Assembly (NCBI GenBank): GCA_964016885.1
Contig: OZ024743.1
Location: 240,870,001 to 240,934,000, forward strand
Length of the DNA stretch: 64,000 nucleotides
Reading direction: 5' to 3'
Source of the DNA: Eledone cirrhosa
Lineage: Eukaryota
The translations under genes were made by a program, and so were the position numbers. The notes under the pieces are model-generated. The model worked only from the letters and a program-made list of their open reading frames with translations, did no database searches and was not told the DNA's origin. Positions within the stretch are counted from its first letter, which is position 1. Every line of letters begins with the position of its first letter. This document shows, piece by piece, positions 11,660 through 25,147 of this stretch.

Positions 11660-12030
11660 CCACCATTTTCACGGAAATATTTGAAATCTACTTTTATTCC
11701 TTAAATCCATAATCAGACATTACAAATGTGTTTGTTATGTGAAAAGACATTTGGAAATGATGCCATTAAGACTTTGAGGATTTAAGGCTACATTCAGATG
11801 GTGCATTCAGATACTATAACACATATTTTCCGTTTTTAAGTCATTGAAGGAATGGTTTGGGGAATGTCCAACATTTATGTTTTTCTTTTATTATGTCAAC
11901 GTCACACAAAGGGCCAATGAAAACCTCTTACAATATATCATTTAATGAAACACACAAAAAGTGGAATACTGCTCACAAATGGAGAGGATATTGTTATATA
12001 TCAGCTGCAAGAGAAATGGTAGGAAACTAT
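11660..12030 (+). pseudogene. Decayed hAT (Buster-type) transposase N-terminus
   Basis: Reads RKYLKSTFIP...MCLLCEKTFGNDAIK (BED finger; compare CLLCEKTFSNEAMKPS) and SYNIS...AAREMV; contains stops and frameshifts. Confidence 0.7.
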
Positions 12031-12249
12031 TATAAAGAAAGTCTCTGAACCTGTTCTGAAGATTATTCTACCTAGTAAAATTCGGTAAAATATTGTATAT
12101 CGTCAAGAACTTTATAACTTCAATAGGGCAATATATCAAACCAGCTGGAAGAAAATAAGAGAAAAATGACTTTTCCTTGTAATAATATTCCACTACCTTC
12201 TTATATAACACGCAATCAGTAGATGATGGTATTCAAGTATTCAGGTATT

Positions 12250-12388
12250 CAGTGTTACGGCTCTTTATGATCTGAGTTCAAATCCCGCCGAGTTTAACTT
12301 TGCCTTTCATCCTTACTGAGTCGATAAAATAAAGTACCAGTAATACACTGGGTTTATTGCTGGCCTTGGCCAAAAGTAGAAACAGTTA
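12250..12388 (+). mobile_element. tRNA-derived SINE, 5'-truncated
   Basis: B-box ctgagttcaaatcccgccgag, Meta-like core and the ccaaaagtagaaac 3' end. Confidence 0.85.
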
Positions 12389-12479
12389 TTATATATACAT
12401 ATATGTGTGTGTGCGTGTGTGTGTGTATGTATATATGTATGCATGTATATACAAGAAGAAGAAGAAGAAGATTAATAAT

Positions 12480-13138
12480 TGTTTCTACTTTTGGCACAAG
12501 ACCAGCAATTATCCCAATGCATTACTGGTACTTTATTTTATCGACCCCGTAAGGATGAAAGGCAAAGTTGACCTCGGCGGGATTTGAACTCAGATCGTAA
12601 AGGGACGTAACTATGCTGGAAAGCATGGCGTTCGACCCTCTACCGATACTGCCAATCCACCGCCCAAGAAGAAGATTAATAATGGTTTCTTATATAGGCA
12701 TAAGGCCAGCAGTTTTTTTTTGGGGGGGGGGGGGGGGGAGGAGAAAGTCGATTAAATCGACCCCAGTGCGTGACTAGTACTTTATTTCATCGACCCCGTA
12801 AGGATGAAAGGCAAAGTTAACCTCGGCGGGATTTGAACACTGAACGTAAAGGTCCATAACTCTATGCTGCAAAGCATGGTATCTGACGCTCTACCGAATC
12901 TACCAATCCTCCACCCTTAATAATAATAATAATTTCTACTATTGGCACAAGGCCAGTAATTTGGGGAGGTGAAAGTCAATTAAATCGACTCAAGTCTATG
13001 ACTGGTACTTTTATCGATCCCGTAAAGATGAAAGGCAAAGTTAACCTCGGCGAGATTTGAACACAGAACGTAAAGGGCAGTAACTCTATGCTGCAAAGCA
13101 TGGTGTTCGACGCTCTACCGATACTATCAATCCACCGC
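12480..13138 (-). mobile_element. Three tandem near-full-length SINEs (12480-12665, 12684-12917, 12931-13138)
   Basis: Each has an A-box (ttggcagtatcggtag), B-box and core; the first has the 18-bp TSD aagaagaagattaataat at 12462-12479 and 12666-12683. Confidence 0.88.
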
Positions 13139-13562
13139 AACACGAGTCTTTCTAATAGCTTACAAGAACAATTAGTAGAAATAAATATATTAACTGTTAA
13201 CAGTTTTGACCAATGCATTTTCACCAACAATTATAGACATTTTGTGTAACATGTTTTATATTCACAATGTTCCTTTCTTTTCTTTCACATCCTAAATATG
13301 CATTAATGTAACTAATATTTCTTTTTGCTTTTTGCGTCATGTTTCGTTATATTTTCATTGGAATGTTTTTTACATGTTAGGTATATTTTATTGCTTATTG
13401 TTTTTGTTTTTGTTATTGCTGACTGTTTACTTGTTTAGTTGTTATTCTATAGTTTCTTCTCCGGTATATGTTTTATTTACTTATATAACCATATATTCAT
13501 TTGTTTGTTTCCACAAACTTGCATTGCAATGTTCTGGAAAACTAAAATTGCACGAATGAAAG

Positions 13563-13626
<64 letters not shown>

Positions 13627-14188
13627 GGGTAGAGAGAGAAAAATAACAATAGCATATATATATGTATATATATGTGTGTGTATATATATATATACACACA
13701 CACATATAAATACATATATATATATATATGAGTGTGTGTGTATGTACACACACACATATATATATGTATATATATATATATACACACACACACATATAAA
13801 TACATATATATATATATATGTGTTTGTATGTATATATGTATATGTACGTATGAGCAAATGCATATGTACACATACATACACACAAACACACAGTCACACA
13901 CACACTACACACACGCGCGCACACTCACGCACACACACATACACACACACAGCAGAGAACAAAATCACCATAATAGCGACTGGCGTGTATATCTATTTTG
14001 TATATCCTACCTATGTTTGCGAAGGTGTACATGGGAAGATGTACGAACACATGTATATATTATCGTATACATAAAAGTATATCCATCTGTACGTGTATTT
14101 CAAAATATGCGTCCATACATTGTCATACTAATGTAGGTTCTTATGCCAACCGGCTAGTTTCCAAAATCTAAGTACCGTGTATTATTAG

Positions 14189-14798
14189 GGCGGAGGATTG
14201 GCAGTATCGGTAGAGGGTCGGACGCCATGCTTTGCAGCAAACAGTTACGGCCCTTTATGTTCTGAGCTTAAATCCCACCGAGGTTAACTTTGCCTTTTAT
14301 CCTTACGGGGTCGATAAAATAACGTACCAGTAATACACTGGGATAATTGCTGACCTTGAGCCAAAAGTAGAAACAATTATTAGATATAAAATGATGTAAG
14401 TAGATTTAAGTATGAGTAAGTCTATTCTGCCATCTTTTACGGCCCTTTACGATCCATGTTCAAATCCCGTCGAGGTTAACTTTGCCTTTCATCCTCAGTT
14501 GGTAAATTAAATAAAGCACCAGTAATGCACTGGGTTCAATTTAATCGAATCTCCTCTCCTCTAAAATTGTTGGTCTTGTGCCTAAATCAGAAACCATTAT
14601 TAGATATAAAATGCGGTGGATTGGCAGTATTGGTAGAGGGGCGGGTGCCATGCTTTCCAGCATAATTACGTCCCTTTACGGTCTGAATTCAAATCCCGCC
14701 GAGGTTAACTTTGCCTTTCTTCCTTACGGGGTCGATAGAATAAAGTACCAGTAATGCACTGGGTAATAATTGCTGGCCTTGTGCCAAAAGTAGAAACA
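14189..14798 (+). mobile_element. Three SINEs stacked at one target site (14189-14375, 14437-14595, 14614-14798)
   Basis: All three end at attattagat...; nested TSDs of about 8, 61 and 18 bp. Confidence 0.85.
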
Positions 14799-14981
14799 AT
14801 TATTAGATATAAAATGATGTAAGTAGATTTAAGTATGAGTAAGTCTATTCTGCCATCTTGTACTCTCACTCAATCTTGATACAACTCCCATCCCACCTAA
14901 TAATATTTAAAGTTGAATTCCTCTAAATCATTATGTGATTTAATTCTCTATGATAACGACGTAATACCGGACATAAATAAT

Positions 14982-15149
14982 TGTTTCTACTTTTGGCACA
15001 AGGCTAGCAATTATCCCAGTGTATTACATCGACCTCGTAAGGATGAAAGGCAAAGTCAACCTCGGTGGGATTTGAACTCAGAATGGCAAGGGCCGTAACT
15101 CTATGCGTCAAAGCATGGTGTCCGACCTTCTACCGATACTGCCAATCCA
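14982..15149 (-). mobile_element. tRNA-derived SINE with an internal deletion
   Basis: Same family; imperfect TSD ggacata(a/c)ataat on both sides. Confidence 0.8.
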
Positions 15150-16017
15150 AAGGACATACATAATACAGATCATTTATGCGTAAATATACCGCTTTAGTGT
15201 AATAACACCATTTGGTTTTGAATTTTTAACCCATGTTACATAAAAATAAAGATGGTCACTATCATGGTGATTTTGTTCCCTGCTTCAAATTTTCCTTTAT
15301 GTCCGACTGACTAACACAATTAAACAATAATCATGAGCCTACCTGCTGCACATGTATTAATACAGAGATTATTAAATTTCCATTATAGGTTTTCGATTGC
15401 CTGTTCGGTTTTCTCTCCATTAGAATATGGTACACCGCTGTTATACTATTATTTATATAACACACAAAATATTCCTACGGCTACGCGCTTCACAAGCCTA
15501 AAGGTTATAAAAATTCTATTTCACTCTATTTTCCATTTATCTACTTGCATCTGTTTTTTGCTTTCTTTCATTATTTGTGTATATTCATTGTTTGTTGATA
15601 TTCTTGCTATGTGTTGTGATGAATTAAATCTTTCTTCCATACTCATGAAGTTATACCTGTGAAGATCTATGCTATGTGGATGATTATTAATTACAACAAA
15701 TTGATTCATTGTTTGCATGTATATACACGTCTCACATCAGTATAAAAACAATTGTAGAGAGTAAAGAGGGATTTGATTAAAACAAAAATAAAAACCCTTG
15801 GTTTCTTCAATTTAAAAAATTATTCTCTGCTGCCCTCGCCGTCACCAAGAGCAAGTACTTTAACCTTTGGAATACACCTTCCATTCAATATGAATTACTA
15901 CGTACTGTCGACCTCAAGTGCACATTGAGCTTTTCACACCTTACCAAAATTTAATAATTGTATTATTCTACTATAATTAATCACACACACATATACATAC
16001 ACACACACAGACACACC

Positions 16018-16101
<84 letters not shown>

Positions 16102-16105
<4 letters not shown>

Positions 16106-16425
16106 AAAGGTAAACAGAAATAACAACACAATCGGTACAGTATATGGAAGGAAGAGTGTGTTAACGTTTCGGACGCTAGTCCTTCATAAGAAGAAAGAAT
16201 GAGAAATAAGATAGATTGAGGGGACGGGCGGGATGGAATTGGAAAAAATGTCTTTAGATAAAAATAACAGGTCCATTCATGTTGACATCTCTTGCAAAAC
16301 TGTTGGTGCTGGCGTTTTGTGTATGATTTATTTTTTTAGAAAAGTGGATGATGGAGCGCGTCTACCTGAAATGGAAAAAAAAAACTTTTGTAAAAAGAGC
16401 TATACTTGAGCACGTGCGTAGCATG
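16102..16425 (-). mobile_element. Second copy of the 6261-6960 PLE 3' region
   Basis: Near-identical to 6261-6620 with a ~30-bp deletion; same 3' junction with (TA)n; hammerhead core mutated to CTTATGA. Confidence 0.8.
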
Positions 16426-16448
16426 TGTGTGTGCGTGTGTGTGTGTGT

Positions 16449-16507
<59 letters not shown>

Positions 16508-16744
16508 GAAAAAATGAAAGAATCACGTCAATAATTCATTCCGTACGTTGCTTCACCATTCGTGTCTGTTTACCTGTCTCTCTCTTTCTCCACCCAACTC
16601 TTTTTATCTCAATAACTTATTTTAGTTATTGTATCGCCCTAGGCGGAGGTATACTGTGTGTAATGCGAAGAAATACCTATGATGCCTAGTAGACAACTGA
16701 TGATGGATAGTCCTAACTTCTATTTCTAATTCTTCAGACACATA

Positions 16745-16810
<66 letters not shown>

Positions 16811-17295
16811 TATGTGTCTATTTGTATACCTATGCGAGTGTGTGTGCATGTGTCTTTTGCATACAATTCCTGCCACTGACTGACATACATTCACAGAAAT
16901 ATCTTCACAGGAACTGTCACGGGGCCTCTACTCGAAGCTGGGTATATCGGCTACAAATAACAGTTAAATCCACCTTCAAATCTGTCTTGATAAAAATAAA
17001 AATGAAAATAAAACAATGTATAATGAATATTGTCCTACATTCTTTAGATTTGAGAAAGTTGTCTTGTATTAGATCTGATCTACGTAGTCTAACCCACAAA
17101 AAATATTTCGGCCAAATGATGGAAACTCTACAGGATCGTATGGCGTTATTATTATTTTTTTTTTAGAAATAACAGTCAAATCTTTCTCTTTCAAATCAGA
17201 TTCGGTAATGTAGTCGAAAATAAATAGAAAAAATATATCTTTGTCTGTCTACGGTAACACTAAATCAGTATTCCCTCAAGAGGATATTATGTATA

Positions 17296-17445
17296 GGCGA
17301 ATTGGTAAAGTTAGAATGTAGAGTAATTTCTGTTATTCGTGCCGACTTTCTACGAACCGAATTCAGATCGTGCCGAGGTCAACGTTATCTTCCATCGTTT
17401 CGAGGTCGATAAAAGAATTACTAGTCCAGTACTGGGGCCGATTCT
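17296..17445 (+). mobile_element. Old, degenerate SINE
   Basis: gccgaggtcaacgttatcttccatcgtttcgaggtcgataaaagaatta resembles the Meta-like core. Confidence 0.55.
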
Positions 17446-17631
17446 TCATGTTGCTTGTTCACTTTTCTTCTCTCTTTCTCTCTCTCTCACACAAAAAACA
17501 CACTCTCTGGAAGAAATCGTGTGTGTTCAAACTTGGAGAAGGAATGGGCTTCTACAAGTTTAAAATGTCCAAGATACATCGTAGGAATTACGGGTACACA
17601 CACACCCACACCCCAGCCCCACCACCACACG

Positions 17632-17688
<57 letters not shown>

Positions 17689-17753
17689 ACACGTGCATAT
17701 ATGTGTATGTCTCACTGTGTGTGCGGGTGTTTAGTTTTTAATTTTTATCTTAC

Positions 17754-17920
17754 TGAATTCTCAAACATTTTTTGGCTCCTGTTCTCCAACAAACTGCGAT
17801 GCACTTGACTTTTAACGAATTAAGCTGAAATGTTAAGTTGAACAAGAGGACAACATGGCCGTCTTAAAAGTGGAGAATTGCTTTATAGTGTCTTCTAACA
17901 TGGCCGAATGATATGAAAAA
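17754..17920 (-). other. Candidate host exon (5' UTR, possibly with the start codon)
   Basis: Minus strand has a long poly-T tract plus AG acceptor at 17922-17921, 167 nt of unique sequence ending aaaaaATGTTTGAGAATTCA, and a GTAAGA donor at 17753-17748. Confidence 0.35.
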
Positions 17921-18319
17921 CTAAAAAAAAAAAAAAAGAAATCAAAATCAACAGCAAAACCTACAAATCTTCCCACAAAAAAAAACAAACCTCTGCAAAA
18001 TCTCCCTCGAAAAATACCCATGGAAACAAAATGAAAAACAGAAAGATTACAAATAAAGGAAGAGAGAAAGAGAAGTAGAGGAATCTTAGATCGTTCTTTA
18101 AATTAATCATTTAATTTAATTTGGGTCTCATTTTTATTATTTTATTTTATTTCTGTTTACGTTGTTCGTTATCTTTATTTTTTGTTATTCTTTTCTTCCT
18201 TCTTTCTTCTCGTCGTCTTTTTTTTGTCGTCTTTCTTTCTTTGACTTTATTCTTTGACTTTATTCTTTGATTGCTTGTTTAGTCTTTTTATTATTATCTT
18301 GTTCTTAGGCTTCTCGGTG

Positions 18320-18668
18320 TGCTGCTGCTGCTACTGCTGCTACTACTGCTGCTGCTACTGCTGCTGCTACTGCTGCTGCTACTGCTGCTGCTGCTACTAA
18401 TACTACTACTACTACTACTACTATTGCTGCTGCTGCTGCTGCTACTACTGCTGCTGCTGCTGCTACTCCATCTACCAAGGATGATAATGATAATTATATT
18501 ATTATTATTAATCATTAGTTAGTAGCGGTGGTTGTTTTCGTCGTTAGTAGTAGTAGTAGTAGTTGCAGCAACAGCAGCAGCAGTAGTAGTAGCAGTAGCA
18601 GCAGCAGTAGTAGTAGTAGTAGTAGTAGTAGTAGCAGTAGTAGTAGTACTCGTAGTTGTTGTAGTAAT

Positions 18669-18702
<34 letters not shown>

Positions 18703-18720
18703 GTAACAGCAGTAGCTGTA
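18320..18720. repeat. Opposed (CTG/CTA)n and (TAG/CAG)n trinucleotide tracts
   Basis: 18320-18468 and 18545-18720 are complementary repeat types. Confidence 0.9.
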
Positions 18721-18821
18721 CTATGACATATCTTACAATTCCAATTAACATCATCATCATCAACATCATCATCCTCATCGTCAACGTTTTCATTCTTATG
18801 ACTATTATGATTAATTCCATT

Positions 18822-19465
18822 GAGGGCTGATGACTGACAGTATCGGCAGAGCGTCGGACAACATACTCTACGGCATACAGTTACGGCCCTTTACGTTCTG
18901 AGTTAAAATCCCGCCTAGGTTAGCTTTGTCATTCATCCTTACAAGATTGATAAAATAAAGTTCCAGTAATACACTGAGGTCGATTTAATTGATTTTCCCG
19001 CTCCGCAAAATTATTGACCTTGTTCCGAAATCAGAAGCCATTGGTGGATTGGCAGCATCGGTGGAGGGTCGGACGCCATGTTTTCCAGCACAGTTACGTC
19101 CCTTTACTATCTGAGTTCAAATCCCGCCGAAGTTGACTTTGCCTTTCGTCCTTACGGGGTCGATAAAATAAAGTACCAGTAATACACTGGAAATTGCTGG
19201 CCTTGTGCCTAAAGTAGAAACAATTATTGTTGTTATTGTAAGGGCGGAGGATTGGCAGCATCGGTAGAGCGTCGGACACCATGCTTTGCAACATAGAGTT
19301 ATGGCCCTTGCCATTCTGAGTTCAAATCCCGCCGAGGTTAACTTTGCCTTTCATCCTTACGGCGTCGATGAAATAAAGTAGCAGTAATACACTGGCTCGA
19401 TTTAATCGACTTCTGCCTGCCCCAAATATTGCCAGCCTTGTGCCTATATAAGAAACCATTATTAT
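18822..19465 (+). mobile_element. Three tandem SINEs (~18822-19042, 19043-19226, 19241-19465)
   Basis: A-box, B-box, core and 3' end repeated three times; the last ATT tail runs into the large GTT-type repeat. Confidence 0.85.
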
Positions 19466-21590
19466 TGTTGTTGCTGTTGTTCTTATTGTTGTTGTTACTG
19501 CTGTTGTAGTTGTTACTGCTGTTGTAGTTGTTACTGCTGTTGTAGTTGTTACTGCTGTTGTAGTTGTTACTGCTGTTGCTGTTGTTGTTGTTGTTATTGT
19601 TGTAGTTGTTACTGCTGTTGCTGTTGTTGTTGTTATTGTTGTTGTTGTTACTGCTGTTGCTGTTGTTGTTGTTGTTACTGCTGTTGCTATTGTTGTTGTT
19701 ACTGCTGTTGTTGTTGTTACTGCTGTTGTAGTTGTTACTGCTGTTGCTGTTGTTGTTGTTGTTATTGTTGTTGTTGTTACTGCTGTGTTGTTGTTGTTGT
19801 TGTTACTGCTGTTGTTGTTGTTACTGCTGTGTTGTTGTTACTGCTGTTGCTGTTGTTGTTGTTGCTATTGTTGTTGTTGTTACTGCTGTTGCTGTTGTTG
19901 TTGTTGTTACTGCTGTTGTTGTTGTTACTGGTGTTGCTGTTGTTGTTGTTGTTATTGTTGTTGTTGTTACTGCTGTTGCTGTTGTTGTTGTTGTTACTGC
20001 TGTTGTTGTTGTTACTGCTGTTGCTGTTGTTGTTGTTGCTATTGTTGTTGCTGTTGTTATTGTTGCTATTGTTGCTGTTGTTATTATTGTTGCTGTTGCT
20101 ATTGTTGCTATTGTTGCTGTTGTTATTATTGTTGCTGTTGCTGTTGTTGCTATTGTTGCTGTTGTTATTATTGTTGTTGCTGTTGCTGTTGTGGCTATTG
20201 TTGCTGTTGTTATTATTGTTGCTGTTGCTATTGTTGCTATTGTTGCTGATGTTATTATTGTTGCTGTTGCTGTTGTTGCTATTGTTGCTGTTGTTATTAT
20301 TGTTGTTGCTGTTGCTGTTGTTGCTATTGTTGCTGTTGTTATTATTGTTGCTGTTGCTGTTGTTGCTATTGTTGCTGTTGTTATTATTGTTGTTGCTGTT
20401 GCTGTTGTTGCTATTGTTGCTGTTGTTATTATTGTTGTTGTTGCCATTGTTGCTATTGTTGCTGTTGTTATTATTGTTGTTGTTGCTATTGTTGCTATTG
20501 TTGCTGTTGTTATTATTGTTGTTGTTGCTATTGTTGCTATTGTTGCTGTTGTTATTATTGTTGTTGTTGCTATTGTTGCTGTTGTTATTATTGTTGTTGT
20601 TGCTATTGTTGCTGTTGTTATTATTGTTGCTGTTGCTATTGTTGCTTTTGTTGCTGTTGTTATTATTGTTGCTGTTGCTATTGTTGCTATTGTTGCTGTT
20701 GTTATTATTGTTGTTGTTGCTATTGTTGCTGTTGTTATTATTGTTGTTGTTGCTATTGTTGCTGTTGTTATTATTGTTGCTGTTGCTATTGTTGCTTTTG
20801 TTGCTGTTGCTATTATTGTTGTTGTTGCTATTGTTGCTATTGTTGCTGTTGTTATTATTGTTGCTGTTGCTATTGTTGCTGTTGTTATTATTGTTGTTGT
20901 TGTTGTTATTGTTGCTATTGTTGCTGTTGCTGTTATTGTTGTTGTTGCTATTGTTGCTATTGTTGCTGTTGTTATTATTGTTGTTGTTGCTATTGTTGCT
21001 ATTGTTGCTGTTGTTATTATTGTTGCTGTTGCTATTGTTGCTATTGTTGCTGTTGTTATTATTGTTGCTGTTGCTATTGTTGCTATTGTTGCTGTTGTTA
21101 TTATTGTTGTTGTTGCTATTGTTGCTGTTGTTATTATTGTTGCTGTTGCTACTGTTGCTATTGTTATTATTGTTGCTGTTGCTATTATTGCTATTGTTGC
21201 TATTGTTGCTGTTGTTATTATTGTTGTTGTTATTATTGTTGCTATTTTTATTATTGTTGTTGTTGTTATTGTTGCTATTGTTGCTGTTGTTATTATTGTT
21301 GTTGTTGCTATTGTTGCTGTTGTTATTATTGTTGCTGTTGCTATTGTTGCTGTTGTTATTATTGTTGTTGTTGTTATTGTTGCTATTGTTATTATTGTTG
21401 TTGTTGTTATTGCTGCTATTGTTATTGTTATTGGTATTGTTCTCGTTATTATTGTTGTTGTTGTTGTTGTTGTTATTATTGCTATTCGTTATCTCTAAAG
21501 TTATTGGGTTAATTGTTGTGTTAGTTCTTCTTCATGGTGATGTTGTTGTTGTTGGTGGAGTTAATATTGTTATATGTGTTGTTGTTGATG
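19466..21590. repeat. ~2.1-kb compound (GTT/GCT/ATT) trinucleotide repeat with higher-order units
   Basis: In-register NTT/NCT triplets with a recurring unit gttattattgttg(c/t)tgttgctattgttgct. Confidence 0.95.
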
Positions 21591-21595
21591 TCATT

Positions 21596-21639
<44 letters not shown>

Positions 21640-21864
21640 ATAATAATAGTAGTAGTATTAGTAGTAGTGGTAGCAGTAGTAGTAGTATTAGTATTAGTAG
21701 TAGTAATAGTAGTAGTTGTAGTAGTAGTAGTTGTAGTAGTAGTAGTAGTAGTAGTTGTAGTAGTAGTAGTAGTAGAAGTAGTAGTAGCAGCAGCAGCAAC
21801 AGCAGTTGTAGTAGTAGTAGTAGTTGTAGTAGTAGTAGTAGAATTAGTAGTAGTAGTAATAGTT

Positions 21865-21896
<32 letters not shown>

Positions 21897-21971
21897 TGTA
21901 GTAGTAGTAGTAGTAGTAGTTGTTGTTGTTAGCGTCATTTAGTTGTTATTACTTGTAGTAGTAGTAGTAGC

Positions 21972-22009
<38 letters not shown>

Positions 22010-22025
22010 CAGCAGCAGTAGAAGC

Positions 22026-22082
<57 letters not shown>
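21596..22082. repeat. (AGT)n microsatellite
   Basis: Seen directly. Confidence 0.95.
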
Positions 22083-22265
22083 TGTTGTTATTAATCTGTT
22101 TTTTTAACATCTCTTAACAACAAATTAAAATGCCAGACACTCGTCGTTCAATTAATTTTCATTACATTGCTTTGCATAGATTTTGGAAAAAAAACTTGTT
22201 TTGACTTTTTTCTTTTGATTGGTTAGTAGTGGTTTTGTTTCTTTTATGTTCGAATGAGTGACTAC

Positions 22266-22640
22266 GTGTGTGTGTGTGTGTATTTATGTGTGTGTGTGTG
22301 TGTGTGTGTATTTATGTGTGTATGTGTGTCTGTGTGTTTATGTGTGTATGTGTGTGTGTGCGCGTGTGTGTTTATGTGTGTATGTGTGTGTATTTATGTG
22401 TGTATGTGTGTGTGTGTGTGTTTATATGTGTGTGTGTATATATTTATGTGTGTATGTGTGTGTATGTATTTATGTGTGTATGTGTGTGTGTGTGTGTGTA
22501 TTTATGTGTGTGTGTATTTATGTGTGTATGTGTGTATTTATGTGTGTGTGTGTGTTTATGTGTGTATGTGTGTGTATTTATGTGTGTATGTGTGTGTGTG
22601 TATTTATGTGTGTGTGTGTGTGTGTATGTGTGTGTTTATG
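22266..22640. repeat. (GT)n-derived minisatellite with recurring tatttat interruptions
   Basis: Seen directly. Confidence 0.9.
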
Positions 22641-22800
22641 CATGAGGTTGTAATTTTATGAATGTATGCTTGTCTATAGCTGTGAGTCTGTGTATACATG
22701 TATATGTATGTGTGGTTGTGTCTGTAGGTGTACTTAAAATACAGAAGAGCCACATACACACACATATATATTCATATATATATATATATATATATATATA

Positions 22801-22937
22801 GGAACGAGTAGGACCCCGACGGCTTGAGCTCAGCCGTCGGGGTCCTACTCGTTCCTATTACCCACTCTACTACCCTAAGTATTGAGTACTTTGGTGCGTT
22901 ATGGTCCACCTGGTTCCTTACCACATTTCCTTCGTTA
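22801..22937 (+). mobile_element. Copy of the 2866-3055 family with a 24-bp fold-back, in (TA)n
   Basis: Arms 22801-22824 and 22832-22855; the remainder is near-identical to the reverse complement of 2866-2946. Confidence 0.75.
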
Positions 22938-22959
22938 TATATATATATATATATATATA

Positions 22960-22995
<36 letters not shown>

Positions 22996-23767
22996 AATTG
23001 TCCACTAAGCAGCTGAATTATACGATATTCTTTTTATCTGTACATATAGAGGGCGGATATTAAGTGAGACAACGTAGAGATATATGGAAATATAGACATA
23101 GGGAATATAGACATGTAAACCTAGCAAATCTACGTATTTCTTTCTAAAATATGTATTAATAGATATTTAAAATGCGTATAAAGCTTTGTAAATGTTGTAG
23201 TATTCATGAAAGTACGTACTAATTTATATACTATTAGTTAACTATTAACACACGCACTCTGTCACACACGCACTCTCTCACACACGCACGCACACTCACA
23301 AGCACACATGCCCCCCTACCCCACCACCACCACCACTACCACACACACCTATATTTATATATTAGTTATAACTCAATGGAGGATCCTCTTAATTGGCTTC
23401 TTTGCAAACTCACTAGCTTAATAACGTATTAGCTTTGAACACAAAATTTAAATCCAGTGAGCCTTCATGCCATCTGAAATCTCAAGAATCCACCGTTGGG
23501 ATCTTACTAACTAATATACTAACCCTTGTTGCATTACGAATGTTGTAAACAGTGATCATATCACCCTGTCTCAAAATTCGTGTAAGAGCATTCTATATGA
23601 ATATCATGATTCTTATCATTCATCAGTAATGCTTACTGACTGCTGTGAAGTGAGGTACCGGAGTCTTTATCTTATTGATGAATCATTTCTTTGATGGCTC
23701 ATTAGATAATAGTACTGCTAATATACACACATATATATATATACATATGTATATACACACACACACA

Positions 23768-23842
<75 letters not shown>

Positions 23843-23901
23843 GTATATATAAAATATGTATGTATATATATAAGTGTATAAATATTAATTTATATATATA
23901 T

Positions 23902-23934
<33 letters not shown>

Positions 23935-24769
23935 CGAGTGTGTGTGAGTGCATGTGTATATATATTTGTACACATACACATACACACAAACACACTCACA
24001 ATACACTCAGTTATTTTGAAAGAACAATTCCTATCTTCTAGCCCTACCCCCACCCCTTTCCTGCAATGCCAGAGTCATTTTCGTTCATTTATGCGATATT
24101 TCTCTCTCACTCTCTCTCTCCCCCTCTCTCTCTCACTAATAACACGCCACCCCTACCCCTAATTTACTCCGAGGGTGCTAATTCTTTCCACGTATGTTAT
24201 GTGGTATGTTTGAGTGCAACACAGACATTTTGGTTATCAATTCTTTACAGATTCGTTGTTTTCTTAGCGCAGTTTTCTTTTTTACCATTTCGTTTACTCT
24301 GTTCTTGTTACATAATTATATAGTGGTGACAGTCTCTTCTAATTCACTGATGGATATCACATTCCTACTGCATGTACATATTGGCAACTTAGAGTTTATT
24401 TTTATCAGCCACCCACTCGGTGGCAATGTTGTAAAGAAAACAGGTCTTATTCTATTCATTTCTTACATAACTATTCTTCCTTCTCACTTTAGGAAGATCT
24501 CAATATATTTATCATTATCTTCAGTTATTGTTTTTCCCTTATTCATCCAGATTGTTTTCATTATCATCTCATTTTTCATTAGAAGATAGCACCACGTGAA
24601 CATTTTCTCACAGTTGCAAATAATGCGATTAATAGCTTCGGTTTTCATTTTGGATAGCCTACGTTTGTGTATAACTGGTGGTTTCTGTATTTTAGCAAGT
24701 AGAAATAGGGAGTATTACTGCTTGTGAACGCGTATAAAAATTATAATATATGTATGTATATTTGTCAAA

Positions 24770-25147
24770 GCAGAATTCTAGGAGAAGGAAAACTGTGATA
24801 TAACACCTGCAACCCTGATGGTATCCAATGATGTTGACTTGTTCTTCTTTTTGGTAAATATCATCTTGGTTAAGAGAGTGGGACTGGCTTTGTGCAGTGC
24901 CTTTGCTCACTATAAAAGCTTCACGGCACAGGCATTGCTTTCTACCTGGAGATCTCTCTGCACTTGTCGTCACATGGTACCATGGGCCCAGCACTGTGTC
25001 AATAATTGTCGCAAGTGTAGTGTTTGTACCAGAGTTTTCAAGTCGCTGGCTGGACTAAAAAGTCACACTCGTTCAGCGCATCGGCAGGGGTTCTCCTACA
25101 TGGATATAAAGTAGTGGCCGTACTCGAAAACGAGTTGGCAGCCACCA
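24770..25147 (+). mobile_element. Internally deleted RTE-type LINE derivative (5' UTR joined to the 3' end) with a (TATG)n tail
   Basis: RTE-like 5' UTR word ctaggagaaggaaaact; C-terminal C2H2 motif CSVCTRVFKSLAGLKSHTRSAH; 3' stem-loop gtggc...ctcgaaaacgag...gccac; ATGT tail. Confidence 0.65.

Noticed and set aside
14189-14285. tRNA genes at A-box/B-box motifs
   Set aside because: The boxes are SINE heads that continue into core and tail sequence; no cloverleaf forms.
19732-21598. 588-aa and 589-aa ORFs (poly-Val/Ala/Ile and poly-Leu)
   Set aside because: Translations of a stop-free trinucleotide array; no domain or splice evidence.
24818-25114. Small C2H2 zinc-finger gene
   Set aside because: The finger is the C-terminal motif of an RTE-type LINE remnant, followed by its 3' stem-loop and tail.
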